Notes: generated by a model from the sequence alone, not told the origin. Numbered from the stretch's first letter, positions 1-11,036 are shown. The stretch is DNA of 64,000 bases from Candidatus Bathyarchaeota archaeon (GCA_963811105.1 CAWEPZ010000010.1:1-64000); one strand, 5' to 3'. Translations and numbers: made by a program.

Positions 1-160
1 TAGGAGAAAAAGCGAAGTATTCACAAATTCTTGCGTAAACGAATTTTTGGAGAAGACGTCTGAGTGAAAAGTTACAGAATTCGTCATCCAGCGATTCTGA
101 AGCTGTTATGGAGAACATTCTCTTATCTTTAATAGACGTTATGCAGCAAAATCTTTATTC

Positions 161-547
161 CTATTTTCTTAATTCCAGCATGGATTCATAGCGCTTCAAT
201 GCAACAAGAGTACCTAGAACTATGTATAGAGCAGTGGCACCTGCTGGTAGACCACCACCCACTTCAAGACTCGGTTGAGTGCTCACGGCTACTCGGAGAA
301 TGACTCCTAATGCCCCCAAAACTGAAGCTCCAGCGTAACTCCAAACTTTTTTTCTTCGGCAATAATAGATGAAAACTATGCTAAGAACAGCTATTGGGCT
401 TATGATGGCTAATGATAGAAGTCGCATTTCAGTTGTGCCAGTTGTGAAAGTAGCTAAGAAAGCAAGAGCAATCATAGCAAGAAATAACTCGAGTAGACCG
501 ATTGCAGTTCTCATGTTGATGCTTAGCGATTCATTAACAGCCTTCAA
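161..547 (-). CDS. Hypothetical membrane protein (~4 TM)
   Basis: 128-aa ORF with four hydrophobic segments, directly downstream of pfkA. Confidence 0.6.
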   Translation of the reverse strand: MKAVNESLSINMRTAIGLLELFLAMIALAFLATFTTGTTEMRLLSLAIISPIAVLSIVFIYYCRRKKVWSYAGASVLGALGVILRVAVSTQPSLEVGGGLPAGATALYIVLGTLVALKRYESMLELRK

Positions 548-676
548 GTTTATTCGCCGCTTGAATTAATTAGTTTGAAAGAATCGTCATCTTCACCGTA
601 TACAAGTCTCATGGGTTGATTTCCCACCATAGAAAACATCTCGTCTATTTTTGACCGCTTGGTCTTAAAACCCGCG

Positions 677-1639
677 CTACGTCGTCAATACTCTTGCCAG
701 GTCTAGTAGGCTCAGATCAATTGGTTTCTCTGTCTTGCAGGATTCCTCAAGACCTATGCTCGTTGTTTTGCCATTCTGCAACACAACCGCACTGCTTTTT
801 TGTTGTTCATCTATTAGTTCAACCACTTTGTTAGCGAATAGGCTTGCCAGAAGCCTGCTTCTTGCCGATGGATTGCCACCTCTTTGGGTGTAGCCTAAAA
901 CGCTAAGTCTAACTTCTGCTTCCGTGGCTTTCTCGATTTCAGTTGCAAGTAAACGGGTGTCTCCGATTCCTTCAGCCGCGACAATAATGGCTGACTTTTT
1001 TCCTCTTTCTTTAGTTTCCCTAATAGCTTTAAAGATTCTTTCATTTTCGTATTTTACTTCTGGAATCAGAATCATTTCGGCTCCAACTACGAGCCCTACA
1101 GCTAGTGCAAGGAAACCTCTTGTTCGCCCCATGACTTCAACTATGAAGATCCTTTCGAGGGAGACAGCTGTATCGCGTATCTTGTCGATTTCGTTTACTG
1201 CCGTATTTACTGCCGTGTCGAATCCAATTGTTTCATCCGTTCCGAAAACATCGTTGTCAATTGACGCAGGAACCCCTGCGATTAGTGTGCTGGTTTTTTT
1301 GCTCAATTCTAGAGCTCCTTGGAGAGAACCGTTACCGCCAATAACAACAAGTCCTTCGACATTGTTTAACGCAAGAGTTTCAGCCGCTTTCTTGATCGAT
1401 TCATCTTTTTTGAATTCTGGGCATCTTGATGTATGAAGGATTGTTCCGCCCAAATGCAATATTCCTCCAACAGAACGGGGAGTCAAACGTCTAAACGAGT
1501 TTGTCAGTAAGCCTTCCCAACCCCTTTCAAAGCCTATAACTTCAAAGTTTTTTGAGTAGGCAATACGTACGATGCCCCGAATAGCAGCGTTCATGCCAGG
1601 CGCGTCCCCGCCACTTGTCACCACACCTATAATCTTCAA
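677..1639 (-). CDS. pfkA: 6-phosphofructokinase (PfkA family, probably ATP-dependent)
   Basis: TSGGDAPGMNAAIR, LGGTILHTSR, GGNGS, SIDND, EVMGR and LGYTQRGG motifs. Confidence 0.93.
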   Translation of the reverse strand: MKIIGVVTSGGDAPGMNAAIRGIVRIAYSKNFEVIGFERGWEGLLTNSFRRLTPRSVGGILHLGGTILHTSRCPEFKKDESIKKAAETLALNNVEGLVVIGGNGSLQGALELSKKTSTLIAGVPASIDNDVFGTDETIGFDTAVNTAVNEIDKIRDTAVSLERIFIVEVMGRTRGFLALAVGLVVGAEMILIPEVKYENERIFKAIRETKERGKKSAIIVAAEGIGDTRLLATEIEKATEAEVRLSVLGYTQRGGNPSARSRLLASLFANKVVELIDEQQKSSAVVLQNGKTTSIGLEESCKTEKPIDLSLLDLARVLTT

Positions 1640-1841
1640 AAATCATTCCTCAAATAGACAAAACGAATGGAATGCTTTAGCTTTTCTCTTCACCTTTTGA
1701 AAAGATACATCTACAAATTTACTAAGAAGGTAAAGCAATAAGGCAGTTGAGCAACCTACTATAGTTAATGTCTCTATCCAGCTAATCAAGGAAGGCCTTT
1801 TCTTCAGGAAAAATTAAGGAACCAAAAGTATTGAGACTTTG

Positions 1842-3929
1842 CTAACGCATATGTTGGAGCCTGCGTGCTGAAACTTTTTGCTTTGCCGTTGTTGTCTCCT
1901 CAGTCTTCGGTTCATATCTTCGAAGAGTCTGACTGTTAATTGCCACAATAACTGTGCTAAGGGACATAAAAATTGCGCCTACAGCCGGGTCTATAATAAC
2001 TCCAAAATTGGCAAGGACACCTGCAGCCAAAGGAATGGCGAATATGTTGTAACCTGCAGCCCACCATAAATTCTGAATCATTTTCGAATAGGTTTTCTTT
2101 GAAAGCTCCGCCACTTTTGAGACGTCCCGAGGATCATTCTTAACAAGAATTATATCTGCACTTTCTATCGCCACATCAGTTCCTGCGCCAATAGCAATAC
2201 CCACATCTGCCGTTACCAAAGCTGGAGCGTCGTTGACGCCGTCGCCTACCATAGCTACCTTGTAACCCTGATCTTTTAGCGACTTGATTTTCTCCGCTTT
2301 CTGATCTGGCAAGACCTGCGCAAAATAGTCGTCAATGCCAAGCTCCTTTGAGACGCCTTTCGCAACTGCTTCTGCGTCGCCAGTCAACATGTAGACTTTG
2401 ATTCCTATTGCTTTCAAATCCTCAATAGCAGTTCGTGATTCTTGTCGAATTTTGTCGGCAAGAGCGAAAGCGCCTGCAAGTTTTCCATCAACAACACAGA
2501 AAACAACGGTCTTGCCCTGTTCTTGAAGTGCAACGATTTTCTTGTCATTTGCCTCAATGTTTAATTCTTTTAGAAGATTTGGGCTCCCAAAGTACACTCT
2601 GTGGGCTCCAACCTTTGCCTCAGCGCCTTTTCCCGGAATAGCTTTGAAATCTGTAGCGTTAGAAATCTTCTTAACCTTCGTCTTGGCATATTCAACAATT
2701 GCTTTTGCTATTACATGCTCAGAGTTTTGCTCTACAGCAGCAGTCAAACTCAGAAGGTCACTCTCCGAAATATATGAAACAACATCGCTCACGCCAAATT
2801 GACCCATCGTCAAGGTACCTGTCTTGTCAAAAACCACTGCAGTTACATTTCTGATTTCTTCAAAGGCTCTCCGGTCTCTGATTAAAATCCCACTCTTTGC
2901 TGTAATTGAAGTGGAAAGAGCCACAACCAATGGAATCGCTAATCCCAAAGCGTGTGGACACGCTATAACTAAGACCGTTACCGTTCGTGTAAGCGCAAAT
3001 TGAGTATTGCCTAAGGAATACCAAACCAAGAAAGTTATTACTCCCGCTGTTACTGCAACGTAAAATAGAAGGGCAGCCGCCCGGTTTGCTAAGTCCTGCG
3101 TTCGAGACTTACTTTCCTGAGCCTGCTTGACCAGCTTTATAACCTGGGACAGGTATGTCTCCTCGCCTGTTCTCTCGATCTTAGTTCTTAGGACGCCGTC
3201 TCCGTTTACCGCTCCACCTATGACCTTGTCCTTATTCTGCTTGTGAACAGGTTTAGATTCACCCGTGAGCAGGGATTCGTTTACAAATGATTCTCCTTCA
3301 ATCACTAGGCCATCTGAGGGAATTTTTTCGCCAGGACGAATCAAAACTACATCGTCTACCTTTAACTCTGAAACTGGAATGTCAACAATTTCTCCGTTCT
3401 TCACCACGTGAGCCAGGGTAGGCATTATTTTCACGAGTTCTTCAAGCGCTCTTGAAGCTCCCAGAACGCTCCTAGCTTCAATCCAGTGACCAAGAAGCAT
3501 TACATCAATTAGGGTTGCGAGTTCCCAGAAGAAGTCGTTTCCAACAGGGAAAAACACGGTTGCCGCTGAAAAGAAAAAAGCCACCGATATTGCCGTGCCT
3601 ATAAGCGTCATCATTCCCGGCTGAAGCTTTCTCAATTCTTCCATTAGCCCTTTTAAGAAGGGCCAACCGCCATAGACGTAAATAATTGTGGCTAAAACTA
3701 GAAGAATGTACGTTTGATAGGGTGTAGTAATTGTGAAATGAAACCAGGTTTGAATAGTTTCTGAAAGAAGTAGAACTGGAATAGTAAGAGCGAGGCAAAT
3801 AAAAAATCTTTTTTTGAACATTCCAGTATGCATCATATGACCTGAGGATCCATGTATCATTCCTTGCATGGTTTGGTCAGGCATTTTATGTTCCATCCCA
3901 GAATGCCTATTGTGATTTTCGTGCTCCAT
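1842..3929 (-). CDS. copB: Copper-translocating P1B-type ATPase (CopB-like, His-rich N-terminus)
   Basis: CPHALGLA, DKTGTLT, TGES, SEH and GDGVNDAP motifs; His/Met-rich N-terminus. Confidence 0.9.
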   Translation of the reverse strand: MEHENHNRHSGMEHKMPDQTMQGMIHGSSGHMMHTGMFKKRFFICLALTIPVLLLSETIQTWFHFTITTPYQTYILLVLATIIYVYGGWPFLKGLMEELRKLQPGMMTLIGTAISVAFFFSAATVFFPVGNDFFWELATLIDVMLLGHWIEARSVLGASRALEELVKIMPTLAHVVKNGEIVDIPVSELKVDDVVLIRPGEKIPSDGLVIEGESFVNESLLTGESKPVHKQNKDKVIGGAVNGDGVLRTKIERTGEETYLSQVIKLVKQAQESKSRTQDLANRAAALLFYVAVTAGVITFLVWYSLGNTQFALTRTVTVLVIACPHALGLAIPLVVALSTSITAKSGILIRDRRAFEEIRNVTAVVFDKTGTLTMGQFGVSDVVSYISESDLLSLTAAVEQNSEHVIAKAIVEYAKTKVKKISNATDFKAIPGKGAEAKVGAHRVYFGSPNLLKELNIEANDKKIVALQEQGKTVVFCVVDGKLAGAFALADKIRQESRTAIEDLKAIGIKVYMLTGDAEAVAKGVSKELGIDDYFAQVLPDQKAEKIKSLKDQGYKVAMVGDGVNDAPALVTADVGIAIGAGTDVAIESADIILVKNDPRDVSKVAELSKKTYSKMIQNLWWAAGYNIFAIPLAAGVLANFGVIIDPAVGAIFMSLSTVIVAINSQTLRRYEPKTEETTTAKQKVSARRLQHMR

Positions 3930-4073
3930 TTTATTTACCGCAAATGTGTTGAGTCATACTTACATGAGCTAATGGTTCTAAAATTGAATGGCGTGATAGC
4001 CAGAACACCTACTATTGATTAACCATTTTTTCATTGAGTCAATAGAGCACAGGCTCTGGCCACTCCAAAATAG

Positions 4074-5078
4074 TCAAACAACGTTCTGGGACTTACCGGA
4101 AACGAAGGCAGTTATGTTTTCCACTGTTGTTTCAAGTATTCTTTCTAGGGCTTCTTTGCTGTAGAAAGCTATGTGGGGAGTAAAAACGACGTTGTCTTTG
4201 CTTAACAGAATGTGATCCTTAACTAGGCTTGTTAAGACTTCGAGGTTTTTAGGATCGTACAAAAGCTGTTTTTCCTCTTTTATAACTTCTTCACCTTCAA
4301 AGACGTCAAGTCCAGCACCCGACAAAATTTTCTTGTCAAGCGCATCAATTAATGCTTCAGTGTCCACGATGCTGCCTCTTGCAGTGTTTATCAGAATAGC
4401 GCCTTTCTTTACAAGCTTGAATGTATCTTTGTTCATAAGGTGATGTGTGGCTTTCATGTAGGGTACGTGAAGCGTAATTACGTCTGATCTAGCTAAAAGG
4501 TCCTCCAGCGTAACATATTCAAACCCTAAGACCTCAGATAAGAGTCTGTTTTGACGAACGTCAAAGGCTACCACGTTCATGCCAAAACCTTTTGCAATCC
4601 TTATGACGTGCAAACCGATTTGACCCGTTCCGATGACGCCTATGGTTTTTCCTTTCAAGTCGAATCCCTCTAACCCCTCTATTGAGAAATCTTGTTCAAA
4701 ACGTCTAATGCATGCCTTGCACATGTTTCTCGATAAGGAAAGAATCAAAGCAAACGTGTGCTCGGCAACAGTGTTCTCTCCGTATGATGGAACATTGCAG
4801 ATTGTAATCCCCTGTTTTTTGCATTTTTCTATATCGATATGGTCAAAGCCGGTGGATCTTGTGGTTATTAATTTCAAATTTGGAATTTCCCGTATGATTT
4901 GCTCATCTATTTTAGAGTAGATGAAGACTGAAACGGCATCAAAATCTTTTATTTGCTGAGCATTTTCCAAACTTAGTTTTTCATTTGAGAACTTAAGCAC
5001 GTGACCGTCCAGCTTCTTTTTGAGGTATTCTTCCTCCCAGTCTTCTACTTCATAAAACGCTATTTTCATCTTTTTCAC
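4074..5078 (-). CDS. D-isomer-specific 2-hydroxyacid dehydrogenase (D-lactate dehydrogenase-like)
   Basis: RSTGFDHID, VAEH, GTGQIG, INTARG, GLDVFEGE and TPHIAF motifs. Confidence 0.88.
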   Translation of the reverse strand: MKKMKIAFYEVEDWEEEYLKKKLDGHVLKFSNEKLSLENAQQIKDFDAVSVFIYSKIDEQIIREIPNLKLITTRSTGFDHIDIEKCKKQGITICNVPSYGENTVAEHTFALILSLSRNMCKACIRRFEQDFSIEGLEGFDLKGKTIGVIGTGQIGLHVIRIAKGFGMNVVAFDVRQNRLLSEVLGFEYVTLEDLLARSDVITLHVPYMKATHHLMNKDTFKLVKKGAILINTARGSIVDTEALIDALDKKILSGAGLDVFEGEEVIKEEKQLLYDPKNLEVLTSLVKDHILLSKDNVVFTPHIAFYSKEALERILETTVENITAFVSGKSQNVV

Positions 5079-5151
5079 TTACCTAATGTTGAAGATATTG
5101 CATCTGACTTTCAAGGGAAAGTGCACGTTATTATTTTGTCGTCAGAGATGT

Positions 5152-5676
5152 TTAGGAGTGTTGTTGTAATTCGGTAATGCGATTTTGAACCGTTGTAGAA
5201 AGTGCTTTCCTCAAATTTTCATCTTGGAACCCTGCTTTAATTTGGTTAATTCTTGTGGCTAGTTCTTCATCGCCAATTGTGTTTTTGAGCCATTTTTGAA
5301 AGTCTTGACGCTGGAAATGGAATGTTACGGATTGAATGGGTATTATTTGGATTTTTTCGGCAAACTCCAAAGTGCTTGTTGCAGTAATTCCAGTGAATTT
5401 ACCGAGTTCTGTGAAAAAATGAAAGCCATTTTCAATTGGAACCGTATTAAGTAGGTTTAGGTTATTTGGTTTTTCTATAGGCTGCTTTTTGGTTATGGTT
5501 GTCTTGGACAAAATATGGGCACGACCTGAAATATAGAAAGATAGGTGTGGAGACTTATAACAAGTTGTGAGTGTAAGGGTACTGCCACATTTTTGAAGTA
5601 TATCATGCAGGGTAGATAACTCACAACGAGAATGGCCGGTATGAATTTGGCAATATTCTTCCCATTTAAGAACCAT
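5152..5676 (-). CDS. DUF5752-like protein (true start probably ~160 nt downstream of the ORF start)
   Basis: GFHFFT...SVTFHFQRQDFQKWLKNTIGDEELA pattern. Confidence 0.65.
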   Translation of the reverse strand: MVLKWEEYCQIHTGHSRCELSTLHDILQKCGSTLTLTTCYKSPHLSFYISGRAHILSKTTITKKQPIEKPNNLNLLNTVPIENGFHFFTELGKFTGITATSTLEFAEKIQIIPIQSVTFHFQRQDFQKWLKNTIGDEELATRINQIKAGFQDENLRKALSTTVQNRITELQQHS

Positions 5677-5789
5677 GAAGTGTTTACTCTAACTGTTTCT
5701 TAAAGTATGAGTTCGTGGGCAGCGCAATTATTCGCCGTTAACCTTAACTTGGAATGTGAAGTATTCTAGATTCAACGAGAAGATGTTTT

Positions 5790-7184
5790 TTGAAGAAAAC
5801 AAAGATAATATGCACTTTGGGTCCCGCCAGTTCTTCAAAGGTAGTGATTGAAAAAATTTTCCAAGCAGGCATGAACGGTGTAAGGATAAACACCGCTTAT
5901 GGAAATCTCGCTCAATACAAATCCATTATTGAAACAGTGCGAGAAGTTGCGGATATCCCAATAATAATTGACATCAAGGGAGCCGAAATCAGAATCAGAG
6001 CAGCTCAACAAAAAGTCTTTAGTAAAGGGGAAATTTTGGAAATAGGCTTCGACGGTGAAGAAGTCAGCTTCAATCATGATTTCTATGACGAAATGCTGGT
6101 TGATGATGAAGTATATATTGATAATGGAAAAATTAGAACTCGAGTTGTTGAAAAGAAAGATCGAAAACTTCAACTTCTGACCCTGAACAGCGGTGCCGTA
6201 GAAGATGGAAAAGGCGTTAACATCCCCAACAAACATCTTTCAGTTCCCACCTTCCCTGAGAAGGACATAGGAATTATACAGTTTGCAAAAAAACACGACG
6301 TAGAATACATCGCGATCTCATTCACAAGAAATGCAGAAGACGTGAAAACCTTGTCTCAGACCTATAGTTTTGGCGGCGGAATAATCGCCAAGATTGAGAA
6401 CCCGGAGGGTGTTCAAAACATCGAAGAGATTTTAGACGCCGCTAGTGGATTAATGGTTGCAAGAGGCGATTTGGCAGTTGAAATCGAACCAGAAAGAGTG
6501 CCCTTGGTTCAGAAAGCTCTGATCAAATTATGCAATCAGAAAGGTAAGCTTGTTGTCACTGCAACAGAGATGCTTGAATCGATGATTAATCAACCTAATC
6601 CCACTAGGGCTGAAGTAAGTGATGTTGCAAACGCTATACTTGACGGGTCAGACGCCATAATGCTTTCTGGAGAAACAGCGGTTGGACAGTATCCAGTGGA
6701 TGCCGTTGAGATGATGACTCGCATAGCGAATGAAACAGAGAAAGCTGTTAAGAGCAATGTTGAAGATACTCCATTTGTCAACATCTCGGATACGGTAAGC
6801 AGGGCAATCCAGAGAATAAGCCAAAGCATGCCAATTCACAAAGTCATCCCTTTGACGCGGTCAGGATACACAGCCAGAATGATAGCTCGCTTCAAAATTG
6901 CACAACCGATTATTGCTGTCACACCTGAAATCAAAGTAAAAAAACAACTGGAACTCATATTCGGCGTGTACCCAGTTCTGATAAACTACCCTAAAGAAAA
7001 AGACAGATTATTGACAGTTACAAACAAACTCCATGAGATGCATCTGGTTGATGATGAAGAGACTGTCTTATTCACCGAGGGTGTGAGAACCGCTATGGAG
7101 CACGCGAGCAACTCAATAGAGATACATAACATAAAAGAGTTAAGAGAATTTGCGGCTTCCTCAGCGCTGACGACATTTTGGTGA
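5790..7184 (+). CDS. pyk: Pyruvate kinase
   Basis: KTKIICTLGPAS, AKIEN, MVARGDL, PTRAEVSDVANA and MLSGETAVG motifs. Confidence 0.95.
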   Translation: MKKTKIICTLGPASSSKVVIEKIFQAGMNGVRINTAYGNLAQYKSIIETVREVADIPIIIDIKGAEIRIRAAQQKVFSKGEILEIGFDGEEVSFNHDFYDEMLVDDEVYIDNGKIRTRVVEKKDRKLQLLTLNSGAVEDGKGVNIPNKHLSVPTFPEKDIGIIQFAKKHDVEYIAISFTRNAEDVKTLSQTYSFGGGIIAKIENPEGVQNIEEILDAASGLMVARGDLAVEIEPERVPLVQKALIKLCNQKGKLVVTATEMLESMINQPNPTRAEVSDVANAILDGSDAIMLSGETAVGQYPVDAVEMMTRIANETEKAVKSNVEDTPFVNISDTVSRAIQRISQSMPIHKVIPLTRSGYTARMIARFKIAQPIIAVTPEIKVKKQLELIFGVYPVLINYPKEKDRLLTVTNKLHEMHLVDDEETVLFTEGVRTAMEHASNSIEIHNIKELREFAASSALTTFW

Positions 7185-7882
7185 AAGAGCTTATGATTTG
7201 TGATCTGTTCGTTTTTAGACACGCTGAGACTACCGATAACAGCAACCAAATATTCTCAGGCTGGCGTGACCCAGACTTAACTCCAAAAGGACTTTTACAG
7301 GCACAAGAGACAGCTCAACAGCTGGAAATAGAACAAATTGATTATGCATTTACTTCACACCTTTTGAGAGCCAAAAGAACCCTTGAAATTGTCCTAAAAC
7401 CGCACCGCAACGTTCCTGTTTTCATAGACGACCGCCTGATAGAACGTTGTTATGGTACGTTGCAGGGAAAAAGCAAGATCGAGATTGCAGCCGAAAAACC
7501 CGAGTGGTTCGCCAAAGTTTACCGAGGTTACGATTTTGCGCCGCCTAAAGGTGAAAGCCTGAAGATGGTTGAAAGCCGAACTCTGCCCTTTATTGTGCAA
7601 CTTGAAAAGTGGCTTCAACAGAATTCAGGTAATGTGGCTATCTCATGCCATGGCAACTCAATGCGCCCGATTAGAAAAGTCTTTGAACACTTAAGCCTTA
7701 AGCAGATGCTTCAGCTTGATAATCCACAGGACCAAGCGATGGAGTATGCTCTTCACATACATCGCATCAGAGTTGACGAAGTTGAGGAATGCAGACTCGA
7801 AAAGGATTGGCACAACGTTGTCGTCCCGATGTCTGTAGAGTTAGCGACGGACCCACGAAACCCATTGAAGCAATATTATTAA
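7178..7882 (+). CDS. gpmA: Histidine phosphatase family / 2,3-BPG-dependent phosphoglycerate mutase
   Basis: RHAET..N...FSGWRD, ERCYGTLQG and HGNSMR motifs; overlaps the pyk stop. Confidence 0.75.
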   Translation: MVKELMICDLFVFRHAETTDNSNQIFSGWRDPDLTPKGLLQAQETAQQLEIEQIDYAFTSHLLRAKRTLEIVLKPHRNVPVFIDDRLIERCYGTLQGKSKIEIAAEKPEWFAKVYRGYDFAPPKGESLKMVESRTLPFIVQLEKWLQQNSGNVAISCHGNSMRPIRKVFEHLSLKQMLQLDNPQDQAMEYALHIHRIRVDEVEECRLEKDWHNVVVPMSVELATDPRNPLKQYY

Positions 7883-8223
7883 AGTTCAGCCAAAGCTTTC
7901 TGGCGCGTGCTCAGTACCCGAGTCCGCCTAAGGATTGGCATAATCTTAAAACCTGCAAAAAGCAGAAAACTCTTTCTTCCTCTTTCTTTTTTCCTTTAAG
8001 TATTGTGATACCGAAACGCACAGGACAGCTATTCTTTTGTTGTCGTGGTTTTTGTTTCTTTGTTTTTGTTTTTGCGTTTGGGGATTTTTGGGAAAGAAGC
8101 ATATAACGCGGTGGCTCTTGCGCAGATAATTTTTATTGTTTCCACTGTTACGCGAGACGTTGAACCGAGTTCATCAAGTTTCTTTTTGATGTGTTGTTAA
8201 GCCATACCCGCGATTGGGCAAAA

Positions 8224-8784
8224 TTAAATCTCCTCCTCAGCAAACTTTTCAAAACTCTGCTCTTCATTCACGTCGCCGGCGCCATAACTCTCAAACCCAA
8301 GTCTGTTCATTGCCCATCGATGGCCGCGCTTCTCAAAGATTATTTTGCCAGTCTGAAAATGCATCTTCTTATTGAGGCGAACTAGTCTGCGGCTGACTTC
8401 GTAATACTTCAAGTTGTAGCCAATGCGCTTCTTGACTTCGGCAGCCACGTCCTTGGGCAACGCTCCGTTTACGCCTACCTCAAGAAGCCTTTGAATGATT
8501 TCTTTGTCAATTTCATCCTGGACAGTGAAACGTTCAACTTCTGCCTGGCTATACCTTGTGTCATGTGCTCTGCCGTATTCATTGAGCAGCCAACGCACCT
8601 GAGTGTCTAATTTTTCAATTCCCACTAGGCAGCGCTTTATGAGCTGTTGGCTATACTTGTTCGTGCCGACCTTTTCGGATTGGCTACGCTTCTTTTTGGG
8701 CTTTTCAGCCTTGTTTTTGATTGTTTGAACAACCTCTTGCCTCAGATCCTGCTCATTTTGTTCACTCAAGGAATTCTCCTCCAT
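8224..8784 (-). CDS. Hypothetical protein with probable C-terminal winged helix (mobile-element-like)
   Basis: 186-aa ORF, co-oriented with neighbouring HTH genes. Confidence 0.55.
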   Translation of the reverse strand: MEENSLSEQNEQDLRQEVVQTIKNKAEKPKKKRSQSEKVGTNKYSQQLIKRCLVGIEKLDTQVRWLLNEYGRAHDTRYSQAEVERFTVQDEIDKEIIQRLLEVGVNGALPKDVAAEVKKRIGYNLKYYEVSRRLVRLNKKMHFQTGKIIFEKRGHRWAMNRLGFESYGAGDVNEEQSFEKFAEEEI

Positions 8785-8931
8785 TAATGTCCATTAAAAT
8801 TAGGGTCTGCCAATCTAGCCTAGGCACCGTAAGAAAACTTAATGCCAAAAAGCATGGACTTTTCCCATAGGTACGTACCAACCCCGAAAAGGCGTTTAAA
8901 CAGGCTTTTTTATCCAAAACCTCAAAATCAA

Positions 8932-9279
8932 TCAATTGTAAGCCTCCCGTTGTCTGCGCCTTATCTCTCGCCTTATCTCTCGAATGCGACTAATTACAAC
9001 AAAAAAAGGTGTAATAATTCTGAGAGTTTTGTAACCTTTGGCCGTTAAGCGGAACCTATAATCCGTTAAACATTCGACAAAACCCTCGGTTGTAAGATAG
9101 ATTAAAAGATCCTTTAGGAGTGTGCTATTTAGGTTTGCTTGATACATTATGTGAGTGCTAAGCAAAGGACCCTTCCGCAGCGCAGATAAAATGCCAAAGA
9201 TTTGCTCTCCCGTGCCCCGCTCATGATAATTAAGGCGACCTTGAAAGTGTCTTTTAGGTGACATATTCCTTGCCTCCAA
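8932..9279 (-). CDS. Winged-helix DNA-binding protein (archaeal ArsR/DUF4364-like)
   Basis: ILSAL...THIMYQANLN...L.YL...GFV...FRLTAKG pattern. Confidence 0.7.
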   Translation of the reverse strand: MEARNMSPKRHFQGRLNYHERGTGEQIFGILSALRKGPLLSTHIMYQANLNSTLLKDLLIYLTTEGFVECLTDYRFRLTAKGYKTLRIITPFFVVISRIREIRREIRRRQREAYN

Positions 9280-10075
9280 TCATAGACGCCTTCTGGGCTC
9301 CGTTACTGTCTAGACCAAATATTTCTTTCAAAGCCGACGTCAAGAGATTAAGATCTGTTCGCAGCGCCGCAACCTCACCCCGTAAAGCGGTAACTTCAAC
9401 CTCAATTTTCTTAACACCCTCGGGCATCTGCAGATAACTAACGACAGCATCCCGCTGAGTATGCTCAAGCTCGCCTGGACCCCAACTATGATCAATCTTA
9501 CGATTATTCGCTCTTACAGTGAAGTAGCGGCCAAACAAAGCAGCAATAGGGTCCTCATGTGCGATCTCTCCAGCAATAACCCTCCCGTCACTTAGAACGC
9601 AGCCATATTTGCTGCATAGGGCATTGCTCACTCGGTTTGCCAAGTTCATTGCTAGGTTAGTAACTTCAATCGCATTTCTGCCCTGGATGACCTCAACGTG
9701 CACAATCCAGCTCCTAGGAGTATGCTTCACCTTAACCCCTAACTCAGTACCCAAAAGCGCGGTCCAATTTACCATCTCCACAGGCCTAAACGAACCATTA
9801 GGATATCGCCCCTCCGAAAGAATCTCATAAGAAACCTGGCACTTGTCAAAGCGATAAAGTTCGGCGGGAAACACAGTGCCCTCACATGACCTGAGAAGTT
9901 TTTTACCCTCCTCATTGAGCTCATAGATTATGACGTTGCTGCGTTTTTCTCGGTGGATAAGATTGCATTTCTCCAGCTTTTTGATGTAATACCACGTATG
10001 TTGCTTGCCTAAACCAATGATATGGCCTGCCTGAGTGGGGTAGTCGCCTGCGTCAAGTCGCCTAAGTAGGGGCAA
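9254..10075 (-). CDS. N-terminal wHTH protein with C-terminal coiled coil (mobile-element-associated)
   Basis: HTH-like N-terminus (YYIKKLEKCNLIHRE..YEL) and heptad C-terminus. Confidence 0.6.
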   Translation of the reverse strand: MPLLRRLDAGDYPTQAGHIIGLGKQHTWYYIKKLEKCNLIHREKRSNVIIYELNEEGKKLLRSCEGTVFPAELYRFDKCQVSYEILSEGRYPNGSFRPVEMVNWTALLGTELGVKVKHTPRSWIVHVEVIQGRNAIEVTNLAMNLANRVSNALCSKYGCVLSDGRVIAGEIAHEDPIAALFGRYFTVRANNRKIDHSWGPGELEHTQRDAVVSYLQMPEGVKKIEVEVTALRGEVAALRTDLNLLTSALKEIFGLDSNGAQKASMIGGKEYVT

Positions 10076-10206
10076 AACCCATTTGCGAACAGTAGCATTA
10101 TCAAACTGGATGTCACCAGGCCTAGAGTCAAATTTTACTCTAGACTTTGAACTTAAAACTTTTTGACTTGTATCATCAAGTTTTTTCTGCAGAACAGTCT
10201 ACTCCG

Positions 10207-10473
10207 TTAAGGCAGGTCTTTTTTGTTTTTTAGTTTTTCAAGCCGGGTGGGGCATGAAGAATAAACGGAAGGATCTGCAAAACTGGATTTGGGACAGAAT
10301 GTTCCATCGGCACCGGAACATCTGCGGGCTCCGAGAGTATACTCCAGGAGTGCACCTGCAAACTCACAAGCGTTTAAAGGCAAAGATTCTGGAGTGCGAA
10401 TGCTACACCTGGAAGATTTACCGACGTCGATCTCTTTTTCGTATACATTCCAAAGCGGTGTCCATTTAGACAT
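10207..10473 (-). CDS. Small Cys-rich hypothetical protein (paralog of 51657..51983)
   Basis: CEFA...EYTL..R.C.G..CP.S.F...S.Y..CP.RL shared with the 51657..51983 product. Confidence 0.55.
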   Translation of the reverse strand: MSKWTPLWNVYEKEIDVGKSSRCSIRTPESLPLNACEFAGALLEYTLGARRCSGADGTFCPKSSFADPSVYSSCPTRLEKLKNKKDLP

Positions 10474-11036
10474 CTACAATAAACCCTCCTGGATCTTGAC
10501 GTCGGAAAAAAAATCATCAGAAAAACTTTCCTTAATTTTCTGCAGGATATCCAGGTCCTCACTTAGAAATTCTAGGCAAGGGATGAATTTGTTCCCATGA
10601 AACCTGAAGAATATTGAAGGTTTAAGATGCCGGTAAGTTACCGGGAGATAGAGAGAGATTTGCTTCATTGCCTCTTTCTCCTGCCAGTGGTAATCCGGAT
10701 AGCCTTCAACACACAAAAAATGCCCTTGCTGCAGCTCCCATCAAAATTGCAGGAAACCGGAGCCCCTGAAACAACACTGCCAAGAGGCTTCTTGGATGCA
10801 CATGAATCAAGCGTAACATCGCCACGCCTTTGGCAGCAAAAAGTCTCGACATCCTCAAAAACAGGATCGCTCAAAAAGAAGCCTCCAAACTAAGATAAAG
10901 AAATAGAGAAACTGAAAATACTACTAAAGAAGAAAAAGGAGGGGTGTTGTCGGGAGACATCGCCACCTGATTTGGTTTATAAGAATTGCCGTATATCTTT
11001 TAATCCAACTCCATTATTGTGTTGTCTGGTTGGGTT

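Noticed and set aside
924-1436. Long antisense ORFs (e.g. 924..1436, 34994..35434, 47506..47952, 53242..53586, 62383..62733)
   Set aside because: They are shadow frames of well-supported genes on the opposite strand.
7923-7940. CCGCCTAAGGATTGGC similar to 12025-12040
   Set aside because: A single short match with no extension; probably chance.
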